Assembly: GCF_006345805.1 (NCBI RefSeq)
Contig: NC_042998.1
Span: forward strand, 207,576,001-207,640,000
DNA: 64,000 bases
Source of the DNA: Octopus sinensis
Taxonomy: Eukaryota
Direction of reading: 5' to 3'
The notes under the pieces are model-generated. The model was not told where the DNA came from, ran no database searches, and was given only the letters and a program-made list of their open reading frames with translations. This document shows, piece after piece, positions 36,576 to 50,780 of this stretch. Positions within the stretch are counted from its first letter, which is position 1, and each line of letters opens with the position of its first letter. Made by a program: the position numbers and the translations under genes.

Positions 36576-38485
36576 TCATGATAAACCACTGGTTTGAAAT
36601 TACTGTCTCACTGAAGATTTTGGTCTTTTAAATTAAAAAAAAAAAAAAACGGAATTATTGATTCAAGTTTGGACATGTCAAGTTTGTATGAAAGTAATTT
36701 AAACTTTGAACTCTCGTCCTAGTTTTTATAGTTCACAGCCTATAACCCTAGGCAGAGAATAGTCAGTCTTAGAACTTACTCTACACATCATCATCATCAT
36801 CATCATCATCATCATTTCAAGTATATTCTAATATGGCAATGATAGAAAAAAATGGTTTTGAATCTTGTACCGATTATTAATGTTTGGTTGTAAGAAATAA
36901 TGGAGAGGGGTTTTATTAATCCATTAACTGCCAAATTCTTTCATTCCTATTTTTTGGCTTTGCCAGGTGTCTTAGGAGTTAAAATAATATATAGTATTTA
37001 AATTTTCTTCCTATGTGAATTATTTTGGAAATTATGGTAAATTTTTTGAAAAGTCCCAAATGGGGATTGCTGAAAAAAAAGCATATTTATCCTTTTCTAT
37101 TCAATTGCAATAATAAACATTTTAGTTTTTTTTTTTTAACTATAGTATCGAATGCGAATGTGTATGAAATATCAATGAATGATGTAGATGGGAAATTCAA
37201 AAAAGAAGAACATTTTCAAAACAGTCGATTTTTTGTGGTTCAAAAATTGTGATTTATGACATAAAAAGTCCTCTAGAATTAGCCAGAGCTTATAATGACA
37301 AACTTTAATTACTAAATATTGTTAAACACACCTCTGCATATGCAAAGCAATTCACTTTAAATACAACGAACAATTGGCAGTGAGACCGTTTTTAGCAGAT
37401 CCCTAAATGGGGCTCATGGCAAACAATGGGTTTAAAGACAGATAAGGTTCCAAGTGAAAGGTGATGTTCTTCTCAAAAGGTAGAAGAGAAATTGATTAGA
37501 GGAGAATAAAAAATAATGTTTAAGTGTGTATCTTCACATCCGTGTCTGTCACATCACTGCTACTCAACAACTGGTGTTGGTTTGTTTACATCCCCATATC
37601 TTAAAGGTTTAGCGAAAGATGACCAATAGGTAAAAGATTCAGGAAAAAGAAAAACATAAGTACTCGGGTGAATGTGTTTGACTGAAACTTCTCAGGGTGA
37701 TGCCCCAGCATGGCCACATTCTAACAACTGAATATCAGCACATACAGTAGACACCTGGCTGCATTTCACCTTTGCAAAGTACAGTTTAACCACAATTTGT
37801 GATCACCTAATTAAAGTAATTAAGTCAATTACAGGTGTTATTTAAATTATATACTGGAGTAAGAGAAATATACCGACATTTTGAATTGGTCTTGAATATC
37901 ACCTGTATGATAATTAGACAGTAATTAAGGTGAGATAATAGCTTAATTAGTGGCAGGTGTCCGATAGGTCAATGACTGGTTCACTGGATTTATATTTATG
38001 CTGGTGACAAGGACAAGGGAGTGTGTGTGAGACATGGGCAAAACAAATACCACATGGTAAGTGGACAAAGTGTTTTATATGGACTTTGATGAGATGTTAT
38101 ATTTGTACAAGGAGAAGGAGGTGGTAGGAGAGGCAGAAGAGGAAGCAGTGGAAAAGGTGGCAGCGGCAGAGGAGGAGGAGGGGGAGGGGGTGGATTGCAT
38201 ATACAAGTTCAAAAGAGCAGAGACTGTTGTAGCAGCAGTAGTAGTAGTGAAGATGTTGGGTTGGAATGACAATCAGTACGGACTAACATAAAAGCATTGC
38301 CCCAGCATGGCCACAGGCCCCGGCTGAAACTGATCACAGAAGAGAATAGAAAAGACAAAAAAAATGATTCATACTTGATATAGCTTTCATCTCACCATTT
38401 AGAATTGTCATTAATTTCTTCAACTTGGAGAAGTGAATCACATCATCACCACCACCACCATCACAACCACCACCATCATCATTAT

Positions 38486-38517
<32 letters not shown>

Positions 38518-38549
38518 TCACCACTACTACCACCACCACCACCACCACC

Positions 38550-39672
38550 ATACATTGAAACTCCGATGTTTGACAACTGACTTGGTAATTATTAACCATC
38601 GTGCCAACAACCACCTTGATCACCTTTTTCAGCTCCGTGTGTCTAACACACATGGGCATGCCGTACAAAGTCAGAAAACAGCACAGCTCCCATGACTTTC
38701 AGAAGCATCTTTTCACACTTAGAGATGCTGAAGCATGGAACAAACTACCTGCATCAGTTGTTATCTGCAAGACATTCATCATCATCATCATCATCATCAT
38801 CATTTAGCGTCCGCTATCCATACTAGTATGAGTTGGACGGTTCAACTGGGGTCTGGGAAGCCAGGAGGCTGCATCAGGCCCAGTCTGATCTGGCAGTGTT
38901 TCTACGGCTGGGTGCCCTTCCTAACGCCAACCACTCCGTGAGTGTAGTGGGTGCTTTTTACGTGCCACCCGCACAGGTGCCAGGCGGAGCTGGCAAACGG
39001 CCATGGACGGATGGTGCTTTTTACGTGCCACCCGCACAGGTGCCAGACGGAGCTGGCAACGGCCATGAATGGATGGTGCTTTTTACGTGCCACCGGCACG
39101 GAGGCCAGTCGGGGCGGCGCTGGCAACGGCCACGATCGGACGGTTCGCTTACTTGTCACCGGCATTGGTATCACGGCTGCAATTTCCATTGATGTTGATC
39201 GACTTCGATTTTGGTTCTGCTTTCTGATATCTGATTTGATTTGGTTTGATTTTGATTTTGATATCAGTCAAAAATGTATAAATGAAGGTTGTCATATGAA
39301 AGTTATATAAAATTACAGCAATATATTAGACAATACCAAATGAAATTTTTAGAATAAACTGCTAACTGGTTTTGATTATAGAGAGTTCATGAATTATGAC
39401 TTCCCTCCATGACATTGTGTGTGGCTCTGAAATACACAAAGGCAAAGCCTCGTGATCTCCCAGACTGTCTATCCTTTAAAACCTCCGTGCTTCCTGAAAT
39501 TCACCAACCCTACACCTGATACCCTCCCCACTCCCTACGCATGCACACATGTATATCATGACTCATACACTGTTCACTTTCTTGACTTTTGTACATAATT
39601 CTATATGTTATAGATGCACCTTTGATGAGTTGTAGTGCACCTGAGCACTGTACACAATAATTTCATTATCAT
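38550..39672 (+). mobile_element. CR1/Jockey-group LINE 3' fragment, interrupted by an RTE copy
   Basis: Degraded T.GH.YKV.K..S.HDF.K..FT.R..EAWNKLPASVV, with SFK resuming near 39475. Confidence 0.55.
38776..39260 (-). mobile_element. RTE LINE 3' end, inserted into a CR1-like fragment
   Basis: Core motif; (CAT)n at the left end. Confidence 0.8.
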
Positions 39673-40064
39673 TCTGGTGTGTCTGGGGAGAGTCATTTTC
39701 TTTTTGTGCCTTATAATGTAACACACTCACCGGTCAAATTATAAGGCACTAAAAGAAAATGACTCTCCCCAGACACAACAGAATATGCTTCAACACACGA
39801 ACTCACATAAAGAATCCAGCAAACCAAATCCCAAAACGAAATATTCATTATCATTATTATTATTATTTGAACTACAGAGTGAGTGGTGGTCTCATCTGGG
39901 TTGGTGTCAAAAGGGTTAAGGCAGTGAGATTGCTGAATCGTTAGCATACCAGACAAAAAGCTTAGGGTTGTTTTGTCTGTCATTACATTCAGAGTTCAAA
40001 TTCCACTAAGGTCAACTTTGCCTTTCATCCGTCTTAGGGTCGATAAAATAAGTACCAGTTGACC

Positions 40065-40363
40065 ACATTGAAAACATTCGAGTGAGGTCGTTGCCAGTGC
40101 CGCTGGACTGGCTCCTGTGCAGGTGGCACGTAAAAAACACCATTTTGAGCATGGCCATTGCCAGTACCGCCTGAGTAGCCCTTGTGCTGGTGGCACGGAA
40201 AAGCACCCACTACACTCTCAGAGTGGTTGGCATTAGGAAGGGCATCTAGCTGTAGAAACTCTGCCAGATCAGATTGGAGCCTGGCGCAGCCATCTGGTTC
40301 GCCAGTCCTCAGTCAAATCGTCCAACCGATGCTAGCATAGAAAGCGGACGTTAAATGATGATG
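40065..40363 (+). mobile_element. RTE LINE 3' end
   Basis: Core motif plus tail. Confidence 0.78.
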
Positions 40364-40391
40364 ATATATATATATTTATGTATATATATAT

Positions 40392-40473
<82 letters not shown>

Positions 40474-40779
40474 TTATATGTAACAGGCCTCTTTTAGTTT
40501 CCGTCTACCAAATCCACTCACAAGGCTTTGGTTGGCCCAAGGCTATAGTAGAAGACATTTGTCCAAGGTGCTGCATGGTGGAACTGAACCCAGAACCATG
40601 TGGTTGTGAAGCAAGTGTCTTACCACACAGCTACTCGGTGGGCTTCTTTCAGTTTCTGCCTACCGAATCCATTCGCAAGGGTTTGGTTGGCCCAAGACTT
40701 ACCACACAACCACATGGACCTAGCAGTTCAGCAAATAAGAATAGATTAAATAAGCTGCAGAGTGCACTCAATACTCTTT

Positions 40780-41505
40780 TCTACTCTAGGCACAAGGCCT
40801 AAAATTTTGGGGGTGGGGGCCAGTCGATTAGAATGAACCAGGATGCAGCTGGTACTTAATTTATTGACCCGAAAGGATGAAAGGCAAAGTCGACCTCGGC
40901 GGAATTTGAACTCAGAACGTAGTGGCGGACGAAATACCGCTAAGCATTTTGCCCGGCATGCTAACAAAATGCTTAGCGGTATTTCATCTGCCTTTACGTT
41001 CTGAGTTCAAATTCCGCCGAGGTCGACTTTGCCTTTCATCCTTTCGGAGTCGATAAATTAAGTACCAATTGTGCACTGGGGTCGATGTAATCGACTTAAT
41101 CCATTTGTCTGTCCTTGTTTGTCCCCTCTATGTTTAGCCCCTTGTGGGTAGTAAAGAAATAGGTATTTCGTCTGCCGCTACGTTCTGAGTTCAAATTCTG
41201 CCGAGGTCGACTTTGCCTTTGATCCTTTCAGGGTTGATTAAATAAGTACCAGTTACGCACTGGGGTCGATATAGTCGACTTAATACCTTTGTCTGTCCTT
41301 GTTTGTCCTCTCTGTGTTTAGCCCCTTGTGGGTAGTAAAGAAATAGGTATTTCGTCTGAGTTTAAATTCCACCGAGGTTGACTTTGCCTTTCTTTCCTTC
41401 AGGGTTGATAAATTAAGTACCAGCTGCATACCCCTAATCAACTGCACCCCCCCCCCCAAAAAAAAAACCTCATTTCGAGCCTTGTGCCTAGAGTAGAAAA
41501 GAGTG
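40780..41505. mobile_element. Cluster of SINE family C units (one minus, about three tandem plus)
   Basis: Repeated gtcgactttgcctttcatcctttcggggtcgat body. Confidence 0.8.
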
Positions 41506-42241
41506 CATTGAATATTGAGAGCAATGTGATTTAGTAAAAGGCCGCTGTGTGCTGTGCTCCAGCATGGCGCTGTGTTCACATGACTGAAAACCACTCTGCA
41601 AAGGTGCAGCCTGAAGCTTTTAAGAGTCGAAGACATCACCACCTGCCATTCAGTTCGGTGGTTTTTATTGCAAGGTGTGGGTGGGGGTGGGGGTGGGGGT
41701 GGTTGGGGGGTTAGAAGAGATGGAGCAGAGATGCAATTAATGCTACAAGAGAAAAAAAAAAGAAATAGGAGACGAGCATACTGCTTCCCTCTTTAAAACC
41801 AAGCAAGTGGTGGTGGTGGTGGCGGTTGGGGATGTTGGTGGTGGTGGTGGTGGTGGTGGTGGTGGTTGGTGGTGGTGGTGGAGGTGGTGGTGGTGGTAGT
41901 GGTGGTGGTAGTGTTGGTGGCGGTAGTGGTGGTGGTGGTGGTGGTGGTAGTGGTGGTAGTGTTGGTGGCGGTAGTGGTGGTGGTGGTGGTGGTAGTGGTG
42001 GTGGTGGTGGTGGTGGTATTGGTGGTGGTGGCGGCGGTTGTATCTCAGATGTGTTAGCCTATTTCCATCTACCTCCCCCACACACACACTTATTTACCTC
42101 TCTCCCTCACTTGCTCTCTTTCTTCCTTTCTTTCTTTCCTCCTCCCACCCTCCCCCTCTTTATCTAGATTACTTACTCCGCTCCATTCAGTTTCCGCTCA
42201 TGCGCCTTTCTTCTCACTTTCCTTTTCTCTTCAGTTCCTAA

Positions 42242-42280
<39 letters not shown>

Positions 42281-42414
42281 CACACATAAAAACATATACA
42301 CATATGTGTGTGTGAGAGAGAGAGAGAGAGAAACGGAAACATAGAGAAAGAGAGAGAGAAAGAGAGGAGCGTGAAACACATAATTCACATTTACACACAC
42401 ACACACACACCTAT

Positions 42415-43096
42415 ACGCGCACACACATTCACCCTCTCTCTCTCGCGCACATACACACACCTACACGCGCACACACACACACACCCTCTTCTTCGCGCAC
42501 ACACACACACACACCCTCTTCTTCGCGCACACACACACACCTACACGCGCACACACTCACCTACACGCGCACACACACACACACCCTCTTCTTCGCGCAC
42601 ACACACACACCTACACGCGCACACACTCACCTACACGCGCACACCACACACACCCTCTTCTTCGCGCACACACACACACCTACACGCGCACACACTCACC
42701 TACACACGCGCACACACACACACCCTCTTCTTCGCGCACACACACACACCTACACGCGCACACACTCCACCTACACGCGCACACCACACACACACCTCTT
42801 CTTCGCGCACACACACACACCTACACGCGCACACACTCACCTACACACGCGCACACACACACACACCCTCTTCTTCTTCGCGCACACACACACACCTACA
42901 CGCGCACACACTCACCTACACGCGCACACACACACTCACCCTCTATCTCTCTCGCGCGCACACACACACACCTACACGCGCACACACACTCACCCTCTAT
43001 CTCTCGCGCGCGCACACACACACACCTACACGCGCACACACTCTCTCTCTCTCCATCTCTCTCTCGCACACACACACACACACCTACACGCGCACA

Positions 43097-43130
<34 letters not shown>

Positions 43131-43150
43131 CACACACACACTCACCTCCA
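42415..43150. repeat. CpG-rich compound minisatellite (cctacacgcgcacacac / cctcttcttcgcgcacacac)
   Basis: Seen directly. Confidence 0.92.
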
Positions 43151-43199
43151 CGCGCTCGCGCATCAACCTACATAACACGCCCTCCTCCTCCCTCCTCCC

Positions 43200-43616
43200 T
43201 CGTATATCTGTCGAGAAAAAGTTGAGAAGCGACGACGAAGTTCAGCAGATTCCAAGAACACATTTCTCTCTTCTGCCCGTCTATTATTGGCATGTTTACT
43301 GCCAAAAAGTTTCACTTTACCTCCGGCTCTCTTCACCATTCTTCTATCTGACACAGTGTTTATATCACAGAATTCTTATATACACATATACATATCTACA
43401 TAACTTTATATATTAATATTTATACACACACATACACATAATATATATATGTGTGTATTTATACATCTCTATTCTGGTGCGGACTTGGCCTGTTCTATGC
43501 GATCGTCTACCGAACAGATATATATATTAATTATCGCTTAATTAGCTCTTAATTGCTGCAACAAATTACTGCTGGATCACGCAAGTGACAAACTTACATA
43601 AAACAGTTATTCAAAG
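43200..43616 (+). promoter_or_regulatory. Putative promoter and 5' UTR first exon of a second gene
   Basis: Unique sequence retaining CpGs, immediately downstream of a CpG-rich minisatellite, ending at AAG|gtattt. No coding evidence; boundaries are approximate. Confidence 0.3.
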
Positions 43617-43759
43617 GTATTTTAAATATTTATTCTATTTCTTCTTCTTTTTTGTCCTGCTTTTTTACTAAGTTCCAAGTCACTCGAATGCGACCATGCT
43701 GGGGCACTGCATTCGAGAGTTTTCAGTCGACTGTATCAATTCCAGTTTTGCACACGTTT

Positions 43760-43829
43760 ATAGACACACACACATATATATATACACACACACACACATA
43801 AACATACACACACACACACACATATATAA

Positions 43830-43861
<32 letters not shown>

Positions 43862-44294
43862 GTATATATATACATATATATATGTATATATATATATATA
43901 TATATGTATATATACGTATATATGTATATATACATATATATACATGTATATTTACATATATATACATACATATATACATACATACACACACATATATATA
44001 TATATATATATACATATATACATACATACACACACACATATATATATATACATATATACATACATACACACACACACATATATATTATATATATATATAC
44101 ATATACATACATACACACACATATATATATAATATATATATATATACATATACATACATACACACACATATATATATACATATATACATACATATACACA
44201 CACACACACACACACATATATAATATATACACATATATATACACATATATATATATATACACACACATATATATATATATATACACACACATAT

Positions 44295-44342
<48 letters not shown>

Positions 44343-44354
44343 ATATACATACAT

Positions 44355-44405
<51 letters not shown>

Positions 44406-44425
44406 ATATACACACACACATTTAT
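43760..44425. repeat. (TA)n/(CA)n compound microsatellite
   Basis: Seen directly. Confidence 0.95.
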
Positions 44426-45136
44426 GCATACAGTATACTCGGATAACTGGACTAACTTTGGTCAGGCCATGTCCTAACTTTAACAGAACCACCTGTCTTT
44501 TCAATTAGGTTTCCGGGACATCAGAATTCGCTCGAGAAGGGAATTGTGATTTAGCGAAATATCCGCAGATGCCAGTGGTGTGTCTGGTATTTCTTGGAGG
44601 AAATATTTGGGGTCTCTTTCTTTGATTTATTTCAGACCAACGTCGAATAAGGCAGGACCTGTTGAGGGGCTGGGCCTTGTGATTTGTGTCCTTGAAACCG
44701 GCATCACTTAGATCAGGTTCCATACGATCTTTGGGGGTCCACATAAGATTTTGTTGTTAAAGTTCATGTGAGAAAAATTGGTTATATTTCAGTAACACGC
44801 AAGATATTTTAACAATTGTTTTTCTATACAATTTCTAATAATATCTTATTATAAAAATATAATGGGGTCTTTTAAAACATCGAATGGCAGGAAGGGTTAA
44901 AGAACCACTAATTTAGACAATGTTGATGGAATATTTTCCACTGTATAACTAATGTAGGGCACACAACGAAGTGGGAGTTCTATTTTGTATAGGGAGACGA
45001 AAGTTTGGCAAAAGCATTCGAGGTGAGACCTGGCAAACACAAAGAAGTGAAGGATCCGTGAAGAAGCACTTCTGCGAACCGTGTCAACTTTATCGTTGAT
45101 GGGCGCACGCTCCTGCCTACGTTGTCGGCCATCTAA

Positions 45137-45189
<53 letters not shown>

Positions 45190-45194
45190 GTCTA

Positions 45195-45265
<71 letters not shown>

Positions 45266-45600
45266 GTGTGTGTGTGTATGTATGCATGTATATATTTGTG
45301 TGTGTATGTATGCATGTATATATTTGTGTGTATATGTATGTATACATTTGTGTGTGCATGTATGTATGTATGTGTGTATGTATGTATGTATATATATATT
45401 TTTGTGTGTGTGTGTATGTATGTATATATATATACATATTTGTGTGTGTATGTATGTATGTATATATATATATTTGTGTGTGTGTATGTATGTGTGTGTA
45501 TGTATGTATGTATGTATATATTTGTGTGTGTGTATGTATGTGTGTGTGTATGTATGTATGTATATATTTGTATGTATGTACGTATGTGCGTGTGAGTGTG
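45137..45600. repeat. (TATC)n/(TGTC)n/(TATG)n compound microsatellite
   Basis: Seen directly. Confidence 0.93.
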
Positions 45601-46099
45601 TAGGGTTACCTAAACAAGTTGAGTCCCCGTCTTTGTTTCCTCATAACTTCCAGAAAAACGAATATTTCAAAATGAAATTTCCTACAAATACTCTTCAGCC
45701 GGTCTAGATTACGATTAGATCGGATTTTAATATGAACAACAACAACAAAAAAGCAAGAACTAAAAAGTGTTGGACTCACACACATACACACTGATGACAC
45801 ACATCGCGATTTTTCGGAATTTCAAGTTCCCTTTTGTGTTGTGTGTGTCAATATGTATATATGCCAGCTTACCATTTTTTGTTGTTGTTCATATTAAATT
45901 CCGACATAATTGTAATCTACACCACCTGAAAGGTATTTATAGAAAGTTCCATTAGAAAATACCCATTTTTCGGCAAGTTAGGAGGAAACTAGCTGAATCT
46001 TCCAAAACTTCTCATCTCATCTCTAAAAAAAATCATTTTCATTACAAATTCCGATGTGATTAGAATCTAAACCATCTGAAGTTTATTTGTAGAAAGTTT

Positions 46100-46304
46100 C
46101 GGCGATCTTTCGGTACAAGTACCATAGCTGCCAAGTCTGTTTGTTTACATTTGAAGAAGATCGTCACTTTCTGTAAAGTTTTTTTTTTATATATATGCGG
46201 GGTTAGGGGTGGGGGAAAAGGTTTTGTTTTTTTTCTTCAGAAATGTAAATAAACCCACATGAGTTTATAATTGGCAGTTATGGTACTTGTACCGAAAGAT
46301 CGCC
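46100..46304. mobile_element. MITE with about 35-bp TIRs (second copy at 2476-3100, split by a SINE)
   Basis: ggcgatctttcggtacaagtacc and ggtacttgtaccgaaagatcgcc; body is the reverse complement of about 2890-3100. Confidence 0.7.
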
Positions 46305-47397
46305 AAAATTTCATTGAAAAATGTCCATTTTCCTGAAAATTACGAGGGGGTGCACTTGTGTAGGTATACCAATATGTGTGTGTGTGTGTATGTCAAATTT
46401 TTCTCGTTAAATCCATTGGAGGCTATCAAGATGCCCCACGCTGTAAACCGAACCCTGAACCAACCTGTTGCGAAGCGAACCCGCGCCTCCCACACACACA
46501 TACACACCCATGCCTTCTGTCTCGTTCATCTTCGTCGTCCTCCTCTTCCCTACCATTCCGTTTCTGCCACACAAGTTTAACCAACTAATTAAGCTCGGGA
46601 CAGAAACGAAGGAACCTCTACTTGGTCGATCGACCTGCTAGAAATAACAGTCAAATCCCACTCAAATTCCCCTAGGTTTATTATTTTCTTTCTTTTTGGC
46701 TTTGTCTCACATTAGAGATAAATAATTAAGAAAATAAATGTTCCAGAGTGCACTTTGTGTGAAGCGGTAAAAAGACTGCTACGTTTTGGAGTTGAAAATT
46801 TAGTAAAAACATCTGAAAATATAACAAAACAATTATTTATATCATCGGCATTCCTGTAGAATAGAGTCGGAAATATCTTGTGCGCTAAAAATCATTATTT
46901 TTCTGATGAATATGTTTTAAGCATCAAAGATGACGATTTTGTAGAGATTATAACTAGGTTTCGAAGGCGCTCAGATATTCTTTGCAAAGATATTCACAAA
47001 ATTTAAGTTATATCCTTGGTGCACCTTGATCTAAATTACCATATTTTAAGGTGTAGAAGGAACCCCCTAATTTTGGGGGCTTAAAATTCGGAGAAAAGGT
47101 TTTGTAAGGGATTATAATACTATCCATGTATAAGAAACTCCCATGTTTTTTTTTTTTAACCTAATTTTCGACCAAAAAAGGGTTCGTTATACACGTTAAA
47201 ACACGGTATATTTTCGGTGCACCTTGATACACCTTGCAGTGTATCGTTTGAGAAGAACAATTCTGCCTCTTAAAGGAAGGAATGGTCATGGCTTGGGCTG
47301 TTACAGATTTCCTCGGTGATGGAAACAACAGCAAAATTCTCATTTATTTTCATGTTTAATTCCTTCCATTCTCTGAGAATTAGACACACACACGCCT

Positions 47398-47410
47398 GCA
47401 TCTCTTTCCT

Positions 47411-47442
<32 letters not shown>

Positions 47443-47524
47443 TTTCATTCCTCTCTCTCTCTCACATCTGTCTCTCTTTTCTTCTCTCTCTCTCTCTCTC
47501 TCTCTCACACATCTGCCTCTCTTT

Positions 47525-47560
<36 letters not shown>

Positions 47561-47700
47561 TCTGCCTCTCTTTCCTTCTCTCTCTCTCACACACATCTGC
47601 CTCTCTTTCCTTCTCTCTCTCTCACACACACATCTGCCTCTCTTCCTTCTCTCTCTCTCACACATCTGCCTCTCTTTCCTTCTCTCCCTCTCACACTTCC
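47398..47700. repeat. (CT)n-containing minisatellite (acacatctgcctctctttccttctctct)
   Basis: Seen directly. Confidence 0.88.
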
Positions 47701-49134
47701 CTGGCTTTCCTTCTTTCTCTTACGCACGCCTACCTCTCACTACGCCCCCTCACTCTCTCTCTCTCAGATACACACTCTCTCTTGCCAGCCTTTCTTTCTC
47801 TTTCCTCCTACAAGTGTCCTACTTTCTAATTTCTCTTCTGTAAAGGCGGGGATTATTTACTTCAGCGTTTTTCAAACTTTTTCTGTCGCCGCCCACTTTA
47901 TTTATCACGTGACCCACTGAAGGGTCCGGGGGGGACCCACAGTTTGCAAAGCGCTGGCTTCGTGGTGAGGGCATTTGGCTCGCGATCCGAAGGTCGTGAG
48001 GTCGCTCCCTGACAGCACGTTGTGGCTTTGGGCCAGACTTTTTATTTTCACGTTGCTCCAGTCTACTCACCTGGCTAAAATGAGCTGTACCTGTGATTCA
48101 ATGGGGTCCAGCCTCGTCACATTCTCTGTCACTGATCTCCCTGAGACCTATGTAAGAAGCTTGCTTCCCGACCACATGGTTCTGGGTTCAATCCCACTGC
48201 ATGGTTCCTTGGGTAAGTGCCTCACCCAAGGGACACTTTTACTACAGCCTTCGGATGATCAAAGCCTTATCTACGTGTGTGGGTCTTTGAGTCTGTGTTT
48301 GTCCCCTACCACTGCTTGAAAACCGGTGATGGTGTGTTTATGTCCCCATAACGTAGCGGTTCAGCGAAAGAGTCCAACAAAATAATTACCAAGCTTTAAA
48401 AAAGTATTGGGCTCCAGCATGGCCACAGTCTAATGACTGAAACAACTAAACAATTAAAAAAAAATGAAAGATAAAAACCATCCAGGCAACTCCCTCGACA
48501 TTCTTCCAATTGAGAAGGAAATCCCGTGAAAACTGTAATTGTCCTTTTGGAAATCTATAAACAGAAATGTCTTTGTTCACAAAAATCATGTGAAAAAGGC
48601 AAAAAAAATGAATTCTGAAGATAAGCAAATATTTGTTAAAAGTGCAGACCTACATTCAACCGAGAATAGCATCGGGGTAAAATGAATGAATGAATGAAAA
48701 AGTTTGATTATTTTCGTCTTTTTTAAATATCGGTTCCAAATTTTGGCACCAGGCCAGCAATTTCTGGGGAGGGATAAGTTGATTACATCGACCATAGTAT
48801 GCAGTATTTCGTCTGTAGCTACGTTCTGAGTTCAAAGTCCGCCGAGGTTGACTTTGCCTTTCGTCCTTTCGGGGTCGATTAAATAAGTACCAGTTACGCA
48901 CTGGGCTCGATATGATCGACTTAATCCGTTTGTCTGTCCTTGTTTGTCCCTTCTGTGTTTAGCCCCTTGTGGGTAGTAAAGAAATAGGTACTTATTTTAT
49001 CAACCCTGAAAGAATGAAAGGCAAAGTCAATCTCGGTGGAATTTGAACTCCAAGTGTTAAGATGGATGAAATGCTACCAAGCATCTTGTTTGGCATTCAG
49101 ACGATTCTGCCTGCTCACCATCTTAATAATAATC

Positions 49135-49900
49135 ATCATCATCGTTTAACGTCCACTTTCCATGCTAGCATGGGTTGGACGATTTGACTGAGGGCTGGTG
49201 AACCAGATGGCTGCACCAGGCTCCAATTTTGATCTTGCAGAGTTTCTACAGCTGGATGCCCTTCCTAACGCCAACCACTCCGAGAGTGTAGTGGGTGCTT
49301 TTTATGTGCCACCGGCACGGGGCCAGTCAGGCAGTACTGGCAACGACTTCGCTCAAATCTTTTACACGTGTCACTGGCACGGAAGCCGGTTAGCCACTCT
49401 GTCAATGATCACACTTGTATGGTGCTCTTTGCACCCTGCTATCACGGACGCCAGTCATCGAATTTGATTTTGATTTACTTGCCTCAACAGGTCTTTGCAA
49501 GCAGAGTTTTAGTAATAATAATAATAATTTCTTCCCACTGTGACCAATGGCGGTACCACCTCACTGGTACCTGTGCCAGTGGCTTGTAAAAATCACCATT
49601 TGAGCGTGACTGATGCCAGTGCGGCCTGACTGGCACCTGTGCCAGTGTCATGTAAAAAGTAAAAAGTATCATTCAAGCGTGGCTGATGCTATTTCCACCT
49701 CGCTGGTTTTCGTGTCGGTGGCACGTAAAAAGCACCCACTACACTCTCAAAATGGTTGGCATTAAGAAGGGCATCCAACTGTAGAAAACTTGCCTCATCA
49801 AATTGGGGCCTGGTGCAGCCTCCTGGCTTGGCAGTCTTCAGTCAAACCGTCCAACCCATACCAGCATGGAAAACAGACATTAAACAATGATGATGATGAT
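49135..49900. mobile_element. Two RTE LINE 3' ends in opposite orientation (about 49135-49505 minus, 49540-49900 plus)
   Basis: Core motif present on both strands. Confidence 0.78.
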
Positions 49901-50224
49901 GATAACTTTCATTGTTACAAACTGAACATCAACCCAAATGAAGTCTATACAAATGTGGGTCCTTCTCAAATTAACGAAATAATAAAAGAAAAAAACCCTC
50001 TTCAGAGCTTGAAAAACTTCCCTAACCAAAGATCATTGTTGTGACGATATCATTGTTGTAATGTTTAATGTTTAAATCTTATGTTGATATCAGAACTGTG
50101 TGTTTATCACATTGTCGATATCTTTGTGCTGTTTACATTACTGTGTTTACACCTTTGTTATATTTACAATATTATATTCATGTCCCGATGTTTACATTAC
50201 TATGTTGATGTTCTGGTATTGCTG

Positions 50225-50780
50225 TCATCATCATCATTTAATGTCCATTGTCCACGCTGGCATGGGTTGGATGATTTGACCAGGGCTGGCAAGCTGGAAG
50301 GTTGTACCAAACTCTATTCTGATTTGGCATGTTTTTTCTACGGCTGGATGCCCTTCTTAATGCCAACCACTCCAAGAGTGTAACAGGTGCTTTTACGTGC
50401 CACTGGCATGGGTGCCATTTGCGTGACACTGGTATCTGCCATGACTGCGATTTTGTTCGGCTCGATGGGTCTTCTTCTTCCCAAGCATGACATAATGCCA
50501 AAGGGGTTTCGGTCATGGCCTCAATGAGGCCCAACACTTGAAAGGAGCTCAGCAACTTTGACCCCGTGAGACCAAATTTTTTCATGTCCTGGCAACGATC
50601 TGGCAACGATCATGCTCGAATGGTGTCTTTTACGTGCCACCTGCACGGAAGCCAGTTTGCCGCTCTGGCAACGATCACGCTTGGACGGTGCCCTAAATAT
50701 CCTACAAGCATGGGGCACAAGTGCCAGTAAGGTGACGCTGGTAATGATCACGCTCGAATTGTGCCTTTTAAGTGCCACTG
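50225..50780 (-). mobile_element. RTE LINE 3' end
   Basis: Core motif; degraded LGLIEAM ORF end. Confidence 0.75.

Noticed and set aside
37957-38056. Possible exon ending at ATG|gtaagt
   Set aside because: No polypyrimidine acceptor, and stops in all three frames.
42308-43225. 305-aa His/Thr-rich ORF
   Set aside because: Translation of a compound minisatellite; no domain and no splice signals.
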